The notes under the pieces were generated by a model. It did no database searches, was not told the DNA's origin, and was given only the letters and a program-made list of their open reading frames with translations. DNA of 23,170 nt from NCBI GenBank assembly GCA_041497675.1, contig JBGQGY010000049.1:1-23170 (forward strand), in the 5' to 3' direction. The translations under genes and the position numbers were made by a program. The first letter of the stretch is position 1. Every line of letters begins with the position of its first letter. Shown one piece after another: positions 1 through 7,836 of this stretch. Source of the stretch: a bacterium. Its GTDB lineage: Bacteria; Sysuimicrobiota; Sysuimicrobiia; Sysuimicrobiales; Humicultoraceae.

Positions 1-244
1 CCCAGGCTTCCAAGGTGGTGACGATCCACTCAGCCGCCGCCCGGCGGTCGGCCGAACCCGACCATCGTCGCGGGTACTTCGTCGCGAGCGTTTCGGCGTG
101 CGCCCAGGCCCTGCGCACCTAGAACTGCGGCGTCCCCGACCATGCGCTCGGACCTGCATACGCCTCGCCGAGATCAGGCAGGCGCCACAAACCGGCCAAG
201 GCCGACGCAACAAGCAGGAACAGCCACACCCTAGACCTTGGCAT
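1..244 (-). pseudogene. N-terminal part of a secreted or membrane M28-peptidase-like gene, interrupted by in-frame TAG at 119-121; runs off the window edge
   Basis: ATG at 244 overlaps the TGA of the amine oxidase (TGATG). Translation is MPRSRVWLFLLVASALAGLW...GTPQF*VRRAWAHAETLATKYPRRWSGSADRRAAAEWIVTTLEAW, open to base 1 after the stop. The F-x3-RA-x2-H-x3-LA...R-x2-GS...AA-x-WI pattern resembles M28 aminopeptidase N-termini. Confidence 0.55.
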
Positions 245-1608
245 CAGGAAGCCGCGTTGAGTCTCGAGAGGACTTCCTCGGCCACGCGGTGTCCGGATTC
301 GATGGCCCCATCCATGTAGCCGTTCCACACGCGTGCCGTCTCCGTCCCGGCCCAGTGGATTCTCCCGACAGGAGCGCGCAGAACGTCTCCATAGGCAGTG
401 AGGACTCCGGGCGGCAAGATCCCTGTGTAGCACCCTCCAGACCAGGGCTCCGAGGACCAATCTTTGTCGATGTAGTGGTCGGGCTTCGCCGCCTTGGAGC
501 CAAACACGCTGACGAGGCACCCGATGACGGCGCGCCTGCGGTCTTCGGCGGATCGACGGCTCCACGTCCGGGCCTGCGCGCCGAGGATGAAGGCGAGCAG
601 CGCGCCCGGCGACCCGGTTTCGGGGCTGTCATCGACGACGAGGGTCACCGGCCCCTGGTCCGACATGGCTTCTCCAGAGCACCCTTCGTCCCGCCAAAAT
701 GGCCGATCGTAGAACGCGACGCTCTTGATCACCGAGCCCATCGGCACCCGCTGCACCATCTGATCGCGGGCGGCGGGCATCGGTGGGTCATAGTGGATCC
801 GCCCTGCCAAGGTGGGTGGGACGGCGACGACGACGTACTGGGCCTCGTGCGTGCCGAGATCCGAACTCACGCGCACCCGATCCCCGACCTGCATGATGGC
901 CCGCACCGGAGCGCTACACCGGACTCGATCCCCCAGCCGTTCGGCAAGGCGGATGCTGAGCGATTGTGCGCCTTCGGTGAACCGGGTTTGCTGGGCTCCA
1001 TCAGTGGTTTGCGTGAGCCTGAGCAGCCCGCCACCCGAGTGGAGGTAGAAAAGGAAAAAGAGAAACGAGATGTCTGCCGGCTCGGCCGCAAACACCGCCC
1101 TGACGGCGACATCGACGATCGAGCGCGTGGCGGATGTCGCGACCGAAGCCAGCTTCCAGCTCTCGACGGTCATGGCGTCCCATTCGGCGGCGCGCTTCGC
1201 TGTATGCGGGGCCTCGAGGGGAACCTGGCTGCACCACGCTCCAAGGTGTCTGATCATCTTGTGAAGAGAGAGCAGGCTGAGCAGCGGGAGTGAAGGGATC
1301 GCGCTGCTGTAGGACGTCGTACGTCCCGCGATAGACAGGATCTTACGCCCAGTCGTGAACTGCTCAAACGTGTGGACGCTAAGCTCGGCTGCCAGAGCGG
1401 CCACCCGATCCTGAGTAGGACCAATCCACTGTGCCCCAAGATCAATGGTGTCGCTGGCGGGTGTGCGGTGGGAGAGTGTTCGCCCTCCGACCCGGTCGCG
1501 GGCTTCCAAAACAAGAACACGCACCCCGTTGCCGCTCAGGATACGGGCGGCGGTGAGGCCGGCAAGACCGGCACCGACCACCATGACGTCGACGTCCTTC
1601 TCCGACAT
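244..1608 (-). CDS. Flavin monoamine oxidase family protein (MAO/putrescine oxidase-like)
   Basis: VVGAGLAGL FAD motif, LEARDRVGGR, DLGAQWIGPTQ, WSGGCY, IHWAGTETA, GYMDGAIESG; RBS GAGGAG upstream of the ATG. Confidence 0.93.
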   Translation of the reverse strand: MSEKDVDVMVVGAGLAGLTAARILSGNGVRVLVLEARDRVGGRTLSHRTPASDTIDLGAQWIGPTQDRVAALAAELSVHTFEQFTTGRKILSIAGRTTSYSSAIPSLPLLSLLSLHKMIRHLGAWCSQVPLEAPHTAKRAAEWDAMTVESWKLASVATSATRSIVDVAVRAVFAAEPADISFLFFLFYLHSGGGLLRLTQTTDGAQQTRFTEGAQSLSIRLAERLGDRVRCSAPVRAIMQVGDRVRVSSDLGTHEAQYVVVAVPPTLAGRIHYDPPMPAARDQMVQRVPMGSVIKSVAFYDRPFWRDEGCSGEAMSDQGPVTLVVDDSPETGSPGALLAFILGAQARTWSRRSAEDRRRAVIGCLVSVFGSKAAKPDHYIDKDWSSEPWSGGCYTGILPPGVLTAYGDVLRAPVGRIHWAGTETARVWNGYMDGAIESGHRVAEEVLSRLNAAS

Positions 1609-1731
1609 GGTCGGCTCCTCTGCCGCGACGGCAGATAACCCTCACGCGTGAGCTGGTTGAACTCTGTCCCGCGAGTGGTGACGGGGTTCGAGAGGTCGCG
1701 GATTGATACCTCTCGAATTCCCGTCGGCACG

Positions 1732-3021
1732 ATGGCGCGCCCGCACGCCACCTGGTCGCGGCACATCACCCGCATCCCCGCCGAGCGGGCCGCGCCGATC
1801 TCCGAGGCCGAAGTCGCGGCGCTCGTCCAACGAGCGGCGGCCGCCCGCCGCCACGTGAAGGTTATTGGCGGCGGTCATTCTTTCAGTGACATCGGTCTGA
1901 CTGACGGCGTGCTGGTGACGTTGGACCGGATGCGCGCCGTCGTGCACCTGGACGCGGCCCGCCATCGCGTGACCGTCCAGGCCGGCATCCGCCTCCACGA
2001 GCTGATCGCCGCGCTCGCGTCGCGGAACCTGGCGCTGCCGATCCTCGGCTCAGTCACCACACAGAGCATCGCCGGTGCGATCTCAACGGGCACGCACGGG
2101 TCAAGCCTCCAGCACCGGAATCTGGCGAGCCTCGTCTGCGGCATGCGTCTCGTCACCGCGCGCGGCGATGTGCTGCAGTTGGATGAGCCCGACGATCGCC
2201 TGGCCGGCGCCAGGGTCGGCCTCGGCGCCCTCGGGATCATCACAGAGGTGACGCTCCGTTGTGAACCTCTGTTTACGCTGGTCGAGGAAGCGCGCCGGGT
2301 TCCAGTGGACCAACTCATTCGCGACCTCGACGCGATCGCGCGCAGCGCGGAGTATGTGAAGATCTGGTGGCTCCCCACGCTCCCCTTTGCAAACGTCTAC
2401 CGCTACACGCGCACCGACCGGTCCCCGACGACGAGCAGCCTGCGGCGCTGGGTCGACGAAGCCATCGTCAATCGATTCCTGTTTGCCGCGCTGCTCGCGA
2501 TGTCGCGGCGCTGGCCGCGGCTCACGCCGGCCATCAACCGAGCCGTCGGCGCCACGTACCTGCGAGAGTCGCGCCGTGTGGGCCGCTATGACCAGGTGCT
2601 GACGGTCGCGATGCCGCCCGTGCATCGCGAGACGGAGTACGCGGTCGCCTTGGCGCGCGCATCCGAAGCGCTGGACCGCGTGCGCGCGCTCATTCAACAC
2701 CAGCGGCTGCGCGTCAATTTCGTCATGGAGATACGTTTTGTGAAAGGCGATGATGCGTGGATGAGCCCGACGTACGGACGCGACAGCTGCCAGATCGGCG
2801 CCTACATTGCCGACGGGAGCGACCGGGAGGCGTATTTCACAGGTTTCGAACGGATCATGCACGCGCTCGGGGGCCGCCCGCATTGGGGCAAAGAGCACAA
2901 CATCACACCTGAGCAGGTCAGCGCGGTCTTTCCGATGGCCGATCGGTTTCTCACCCTGCGGGGACAGCTCGACCCCGATGGGGTCTTCGACAATGCCTGT
3001 CTCCGGCGCGCGTTTGGCTAG
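1732..3021 (+). CDS. FAD-linked oxidase, D-arabinono-1,4-lactone/L-gulonolactone oxidase (ALO) family
   Basis: GGGHSF (FAD-linking His), VQAGIRL, QSIAGAISTGTHGS, LGALGIITEVTL, EIRFV, GRPHWGK. Start moved from 1648 (GTG) to the ATG at 1732 by family length. Confidence 0.88.
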   Translation: MARPHATWSRHITRIPAERAAPISEAEVAALVQRAAAARRHVKVIGGGHSFSDIGLTDGVLVTLDRMRAVVHLDAARHRVTVQAGIRLHELIAALASRNLALPILGSVTTQSIAGAISTGTHGSSLQHRNLASLVCGMRLVTARGDVLQLDEPDDRLAGARVGLGALGIITEVTLRCEPLFTLVEEARRVPVDQLIRDLDAIARSAEYVKIWWLPTLPFANVYRYTRTDRSPTTSSLRRWVDEAIVNRFLFAALLAMSRRWPRLTPAINRAVGATYLRESRRVGRYDQVLTVAMPPVHRETEYAVALARASEALDRVRALIQHQRLRVNFVMEIRFVKGDDAWMSPTYGRDSCQIGAYIADGSDREAYFTGFERIMHALGGRPHWGKEHNITPEQVSAVFPMADRFLTLRGQLDPDGVFDNACLRRAFG

Positions 3022-3752
3022 TTCGCCACGACCAAGACCGTGAACCGCCTCGCGCCGACGCCGGGCTGTGAGGGTCTCTGATAGACAAACGTGAGACGCG
3101 CGGCCTTGACGCGGCCGACGTCACCAACGCGGAAGAGCAGCACCTGCGTGATCTCGGACCTGCGCACCCCCGTGCCCGGCTCCGTCCGCTCACCGATCAA
3201 TCGAACGAGCGGGCTGCTCTCGGCAAGAGCCCAGCGGAATCCCGCGCCGGTATTCGAGGCCAGACAGACGGCCAACGTATCGCCGGATCTCACCTCGACC
3301 CGGCCGTTGTTGAAGCTCTCATCGATCGTCACGGTCCTGGCCGTCCCACCGGCTCGCCCGACCGTCACGAGCAGGCGGTAGCGATCCGCCGCGTCGACAC
3401 CGAGCATGGACGGCTTCCGATAGCTCAGCGTCAGCCCGACCCCTCCGCTGCTCACGGCGCGAAACGTCAGCACCTGAGCCCCCGCGGCACCGGCCCCGCC
3501 AATGCCGCGCTCCGTCACCTGCCCGGCGAATCGGAGCACCTGGGGATTATTCTGTCCGACGAACCAACTGTAGTTGGTATTGGGATTCGAGGGCAGGCGG
3601 ACTAACAGCGTATCGCCGACATTCAGCCTGACGCTCCCGTTGTTCGCCTCCTTGCCCACCACGATGGCTTTGGCAAAGGCCGTCGCGTCGGCCGCGGCGA
3701 TGACCGCGGCGGCCAGGGCAACTGTCAAGAGGGATCTCCATCCCGTACGCAT
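3018..3752 (-). CDS. Secreted protein with two protease-inhibitor I42 (chagasin-like) domains
   Basis: Signal peptide MRTGWRSLLTVALAAAVIAAADATAFA. Domain 1 reads VGDTLLVRLPSNPNTNYSW...GAAG...YRKPS and domain 2 reads SGDTLAVCLASNTGAGFRW...YQRPS, matching the chagasin NPxTGYxW / GxGG / RPW pattern. Confidence 0.75.
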   Translation of the reverse strand: MRTGWRSLLTVALAAAVIAAADATAFAKAIVVGKEANNGSVRLNVGDTLLVRLPSNPNTNYSWFVGQNNPQVLRFAGQVTERGIGGAGAAGAQVLTFRAVSSGGVGLTLSYRKPSMLGVDAADRYRLLVTVGRAGGTARTVTIDESFNNGRVEVRSGDTLAVCLASNTGAGFRWALAESSPLVRLIGERTEPGTGVRRSEITQVLLFRVGDVGRVKAARLTFVYQRPSQPGVGARRFTVLVVAN

Positions 3753-3763
3753 GGACTCTGCAG

Positions 3764-3770
3764 TACTATA
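3764..3770. promoter_or_regulatory. Overlapping divergent sigma70-type -10 elements (TACTAT on +, TATAGT on -)
   Basis: TACTAT at 3764-3769 is 6 nt upstream of ATG 3776. TATAGT (complement of 3765-3770) is 12 nt upstream of ATG 3752. Neither gene has a clear Shine-Dalgarno. Confidence 0.5.
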
Positions 3771-3775
3771 TGCCC

Positions 3776-4792
3776 ATGACCACACTCTATGTCGCCATGG
3801 AGGATGCCCTGCTGGTCGCGCGCGAACGCGGGGGCGGGTGGACCACGGAGCATCATCTGGAAGACAAGGCGCTCGAGTGCGTGGCCGTCGACCCCGGCCG
3901 CCCCGAGCGCATCTACGTGGGTACCGAGGACCAGGGGGTGTGGCGAACAGCGGACGGCGGCCGCGCGTGGACGCCCGCGGGGAAGGGCATCGCCTGGGCG
4001 CAGGTCACCGCGGTCACTGTCGCGCCAGGCGAGAGCGGATGCCCCGGCACGGTCTACGCTGGGACAGAGCCGAGCGCGGTGTTCCGCTCGACGGACGGCG
4101 GCGACACGTGGACAGAACTCAAAGGGCTGACCGGCCTGCCCTCAGCATCCACTTGGAGTTTTCCTCCACGGCCCGAGACTCACCACGTGCGATGGATCGG
4201 GGTCGATCCTCACGACGCGCGTCACCTCTACGTCGCGGTTGAAGCCGGCGCCCTGGTCCGATCCCTTGATGGTGGAGACACCTGGCTTGATCGCGCGCCG
4301 GACGGGCCGTATGACACCCACACGCTGGCGCTGCACCCGCGCGTGCGCGGGCGGCTCTATTCGGCCGCTGGCGACGGGTATTATGCGAGCCGTGACGAGG
4401 GCCGCAGCTGGGAGAACAACGAGTCGGGTCTGCGCCACACGTACCTGTTCGGGGTTGCGGTCGATCCCGCGGATCCGGAGAGAGTGGTCGTGTCTGCGGC
4501 CTCAGGCCCCGGGCGCGCGTACTCGGCGTCGAGTGCGGCGTCGTTCATCTACGTACGGAACGGCGGCGGCGCCTGGGAGCCCGTTCGCGACGGACTTCCC
4601 GATCCGAAAGGCACCACGATCAGTTTCCTGGCGACTGGACCACACGAGCCGCACGTGATCTACGCCGCCAACAACCGCGGGGTCTTACGGTCGAACGACG
4701 CCGGCACGACATGGGAGCGTCTCGACCTGCCGTGGCCGGAACGGTTTGTCCAACAGTCGGTGCAGGGGCTCGTGCTCGGTTCGGGAGGCTAG
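3776..4792 (+). CDS. BNR/Asp-box repeat beta-propeller protein (glycosyl hydrolase/sialidase-like fold, function unknown)
   Basis: Repeated Asp boxes RTADGGRAW, RSTDGGDTW, RSLDGGDTW, ASRDEGRSW, RSNDAGTTW; WSFPPRP and YAGTEPS motifs. Alternative start at 3770. Confidence 0.85.
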   Translation: MTTLYVAMEDALLVARERGGGWTTEHHLEDKALECVAVDPGRPERIYVGTEDQGVWRTADGGRAWTPAGKGIAWAQVTAVTVAPGESGCPGTVYAGTEPSAVFRSTDGGDTWTELKGLTGLPSASTWSFPPRPETHHVRWIGVDPHDARHLYVAVEAGALVRSLDGGDTWLDRAPDGPYDTHTLALHPRVRGRLYSAAGDGYYASRDEGRSWENNESGLRHTYLFGVAVDPADPERVVVSAASGPGRAYSASSAASFIYVRNGGGAWEPVRDGLPDPKGTTISFLATGPHEPHVIYAANNRGVLRSNDAGTTWERLDLPWPERFVQQSVQGLVLGSGG

Positions 4793-5862
4793 TGCGGCCG
4801 GCCTACGATGATCCCCTCGGGATCGACCGTCAGACGCACCGTCGCTCCCATCTGCAGCCGCGCTGGAAACCCCAACGACCACATCGTCAGCCGCAGGGCT
4901 CGTTCTACCGTGGGCACCTGCACGTCCACCCGCATCACGGCGCCCACGTACTCCACGCCCAGCACCACGCCTTCCAGCACGCCGGTCCCGGACGCCGCCT
5001 CATGGGCCACTCTGACCGCCTCGGGTCTGATGCACACCCACACAGGGCCGGGCGGCACGCCGGCTGCGCCTCGCACCGGGAGCCGTACGCCGGACCCTAC
5101 TGTCACCCAGGCCTGCTGCTGCTCGTACCCGAGAACGCCGTTCAAGACGGTTCCCTCGCCGACAAAGCCTGCCACGAACTGCGTCGCCGGACGCCGGTAG
5201 ATCTCATCGGGCCGCCCGACCTGCTCCAGAAGTCCCTGGTTCATGACCCCCACCCGGTCCGACAAAGAGAGGGCTTCCTCCTGGTCGTGGGTCACGTAGA
5301 TGGTCGTGATGCCCACCTCCCGCTGCAGCCGCTTGATCTCTGCCCGGACCTCCACGCGCAGCTTCGCATCCAGGTTGGAGAGCGGCTCGTCCAGCAATAG
5401 CAGCCGGGGCCGGATGGCCAGCGCGCGCGCCAGCGCCACGCGTTGCATCTGGCCGCCACTGATGGCGCCGGGCATCCGATCCGCCAGCGCTTTCATGCCT
5501 ACCATCTCCAGCGCGGCGAAGACGCGCTGCCGCATCTCGGCCTCGGGCAGCCGGCGGATCCGCAGCCCGTAGGCCACGTTGTTGTACACCGTCATGGTTG
5601 GGAAGACCGCGTAGCTCTGGAAGACCAGCCCGATGTTCCGCAACTGCGGCGGCAGGTTGGTGACCGCCTCATCGCCGAACCAGATCTCCCCGCGTGTCGG
5701 TCGCTCCAGGCCCGCGATGATCCGCAGCGTTGTCGTCTTCCCGCAGCCCGAGGGGCCCAGCAGAGAAAAGAACTCACCCTCACCGACCTCGAGCGTTACG
5801 CCGCGCACAGCCAGGACCGGTCCGAAGGCCTTGGCGATGTCGGCGATGCGAACGCGGGTCAC
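4789..5862 (-). CDS. ABC transporter ATP-binding protein (FbpC/PotA-like, with TOBE domain)
   Basis: Walker A GPSGCGKT, Q-loop VFQSYA, signature ISGGQ, Walker [14 protein letters not shown]-loop YVTHDQEEA. Confidence 0.95.
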   Translation of the reverse strand: MTRVRIADIAKAFGPVLAVRGVTLEVGEGEFFSLLGPSGCGKTTTLRIIAGLERPTRGEIWFGDEAVTNLPPQLRNIGLVFQSYAVFPTMTVYNNVAYGLRIRRLPEAEMRQRVFAALEMVGMKALADRMPGAISGGQMQRVALARALAIRPRLLLLDEPLSNLDAKLRVEVRAEIKRLQREVGITTIYVTHDQEEALSLSDRVGVMNQGLLEQVGRPDEIYRRPATQFVAGFVGEGTVLNGVLGYEQQQAWVTVGSGVRLPVRGAAGVPPGPVWVCIRPEAVRVAHEAASGTGVLEGVVLGVEYVGAVMRVDVQVPTVERALRLTMWSLGFPARLQMGATVRLTVDPEGIIVGRPH

Positions 5863-5871
5863 GCCGGCACC

Positions 5872-7548
5872 TCAGCGCCGCCCGCGGAGGAGGCGGCCTG
5901 TCAACCGGCGGTAGTCGAGTTGCGTCATCATCACCGCGAGCCCGACCAGCGCCAGCAGGACGACGGACAGCGCGCTCGCGCGGCCCAGGTAGCCCTCGAT
6001 CGCGTAGCTGTAGATCTGCACGGAAAGCGTCCTCCATTCAGGGCGGTGGACGATGAGCGTCGTCCCCAGTTCGGTGATGACCTGGATGAACGTGATGGTG
6101 AGCGCCGCCGCCATGGCAGGATAGAGCTGGGGCAGGGTGACGCTGGCGAAGGTCCTCGCGGGAGACGCGCCCAGGCTAAACGAGCATTCTTCCAGGCTGC
6201 GGTCGATACGGGTGTAGGCGGCGTTCATGACCCGCGTCGGGTACGGGACCCGGCGCACCACCAGCGCGATGACGAGCAGGTTGGGGCCCAATATCAGGGA
6301 TGACATCAGGCCCGCAGCCGCCAGGCCGGAGAAAACCTTGACCATGCCGATCCCGAGCACGACGCCGGAGACGACGAACGGGAGCAGCGTCGCGTAGTCC
6401 AGCACCACGGCCCGGCGGCCCCCCTCCCGCATCATCCGACCGATCACCACGGCCAGGAGCACTGCGATCGGCGTGGCCATCGCGGTGACGACCAGGGAGT
6501 TCTGCATCGGGCCGACGCTGCGCCACAACTCCCGGTAGTGTCCCAGGGTCCATCCTTTGGGCAGGAGCTGCGGCCCCCACGCCGTGGCCACCGACACGAT
6601 CAGGATCACCAGGTACGGGAGGAGCAGCACCGCGGCGACCGCGGCGCAAAACACCGTTCCGACCACGCGCATCCACGACACATCGTAGGCGTATTGCTCG
6701 GTCACGAATGTGTGCACGATCTGCGTCCGCCGCATCAGCGCACGGACCGCCACCAGGATCACGCCGGAGAGGACGACGATCCAGCTCGAGAGGAGAATGG
6801 GGACCTGGCGGTCGACGGTGAAACTGAGGAATCGCGTGTACGCTTCGGTGGGGAGCACCAGGTAGTTGCCGCCCACGATCAGCGGCGCGCCGACATCGCC
6901 GAACGACGCCAGAAACACCAGCAGCGCGCCCATGTAGATATAGGAAGCGATGTACGGCAGGACGATGCGCGTTATCACCTGCAGGGGGCTGCTCCCCAGC
7001 GAAACGGCCGATTCCTCGATGGCCTTCGGCACGGTGCGCAGGCCCGCCAGGATCGTCAGGTAGGCCAGCGGCGTCAGATGCAGCACGTGGGTGATGGCGA
7101 TCCCGGGAAACCCGTAGATATCAAAGAGCCGGATTCCGGCCCGCTCCAGGAGCTGCGTGAGGACCCCGACCCGGCCCAACAGGATGATCGTCGCGAAGGC
7201 CGAGACGAACGGCGGCGCGAGCAGCGGAAGGGTCAGTGCCAGCATGAACCCGGTCTTGCGATGGATCACCCGCCCGGTGAAGATGGCCAGCGGCAGACCG
7301 AGGCCGACAGAGACGATGGTGACCGACAGCGCCAGGAGTATGGAGTTTCGGGTGAGGTGACTCAGGTACTGCGCGAACCCCGGGAGCCGGTCCAGCCCGC
7401 CCGTCAGGGCGACCTCGGCGGACTCCGCCACGATGACGGCCAGCGGCACGACCAGGAACGCCAGCAGGTAGACGACCGCGATGACGTCCAGCACCCGCAG
7501 CGGGTCGAAGAACCCCCTGCGGGTCCACTCCCGTACGGTCTCGCTCAC
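5872..7548 (-). CDS. ABC transporter permease, fused two-domain FbpB/ThiP-like
   Basis: Many TM segments and two EAA loops (IEESAVSLGSS, LEECSFSLGAS). Start placed at GTG 7548; the ORF extends to 7608. Confidence 0.9.
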   Translation of the reverse strand: MSETVREWTRRGFFDPLRVLDVIAVVYLLAFLVVPLAVIVAESAEVALTGGLDRLPGFAQYLSHLTRNSILLALSVTIVSVGLGLPLAIFTGRVIHRKTGFMLALTLPLLAPPFVSAFATIILLGRVGVLTQLLERAGIRLFDIYGFPGIAITHVLHLTPLAYLTILAGLRTVPKAIEESAVSLGSSPLQVITRIVLPYIASYIYMGALLVFLASFGDVGAPLIVGGNYLVLPTEAYTRFLSFTVDRQVPILLSSWIVVLSGVILVAVRALMRRTQIVHTFVTEQYAYDVSWMRVVGTVFCAAVAAVLLLPYLVILIVSVATAWGPQLLPKGWTLGHYRELWRSVGPMQNSLVVTAMATPIAVLLAVVIGRMMREGGRRAVVLDYATLLPFVVSGVVLGIGMVKVFSGLAAAGLMSSLILGPNLLVIALVVRRVPYPTRVMNAAYTRIDRSLEECSFSLGASPARTFASVTLPQLYPAMAAALTITFIQVITELGTTLIVHRPEWRTLSVQIYSYAIEGYLGRASALSVVLLALVGLAVMMTQLDYRRLTGRLLRGRR

Positions 7549-7782
7549 TGCTATCCGTCGACTAACGTGCCCGTCCGCTGGTATGCGCGTCGAACATGAT
7601 CCACTCACCTCTTGTGCTCTGAGGCATGCTACGGCATTGCAGGTTCGTTTCGACGCGCGCGCTCTCCTCCAGAGCGCCGTTTGCAGTCAACGAGTTCGAT
7701 GACGCTGTCGAGTTTCCGTTCGATCCTGTCGAGGATGCGCGCGTGGACGTCACGTGGTAACCTCTGTCTTACTGGTCCTAGG

Positions 7783-7830
7783 CACCCGCTCGACGCCCTG
7801 GCCAGCCCCGTCCGCCGCGCGATTCTGGAG
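7783..7830 (+). pseudogene. Possible N-terminal remnant of an ArsR/SmtB-family regulator
   Basis: In-frame HPLDALASPVRRAILE resembles ArsR helices 1-2 (xxALAxPxRxxIL). It ends abruptly at the RBS of the next gene, with no HTH and no proper start codon. Confidence 0.4.
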
Positions 7831-7836
7831 GTTCAC

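Noticed and set aside
119..121. Genome-wide TAG reassignment (alternative genetic code)
   Set aside because: TAG ends several genes at their expected C-termini (3021, 4792, 16172, 17159, 19283, 22105).
238..1293. 351-aa + strand ORF
   Set aside because: Antisense shadow of the amine oxidase. It has no motifs, and long shadow ORFs are expected in high-GC DNA.
6538..7599. 353-aa + strand ORF (also 5443-6303)
   Set aside because: Antisense to the ABC permease and ATPase; Arg/His/Asp-rich composition typical of shadow frames.
7629..7647. GAACCTG..AATGC.CGTAG on the minus strand, reminiscent of a TPP riboswitch 3' half
   Set aside because: Lacks the CUGAGA and ACCC elements and the UGAU/P5 stem, so it is not supportable as a TPP riboswitch.
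7629..7770. Minus-strand peptide RQRLPRDVHARILDRIERKLDSVIELVD, vaguely RelE-like
   Set aside because: No start codon or RBS, short, and no antitoxin partner; the similarity is too weak.
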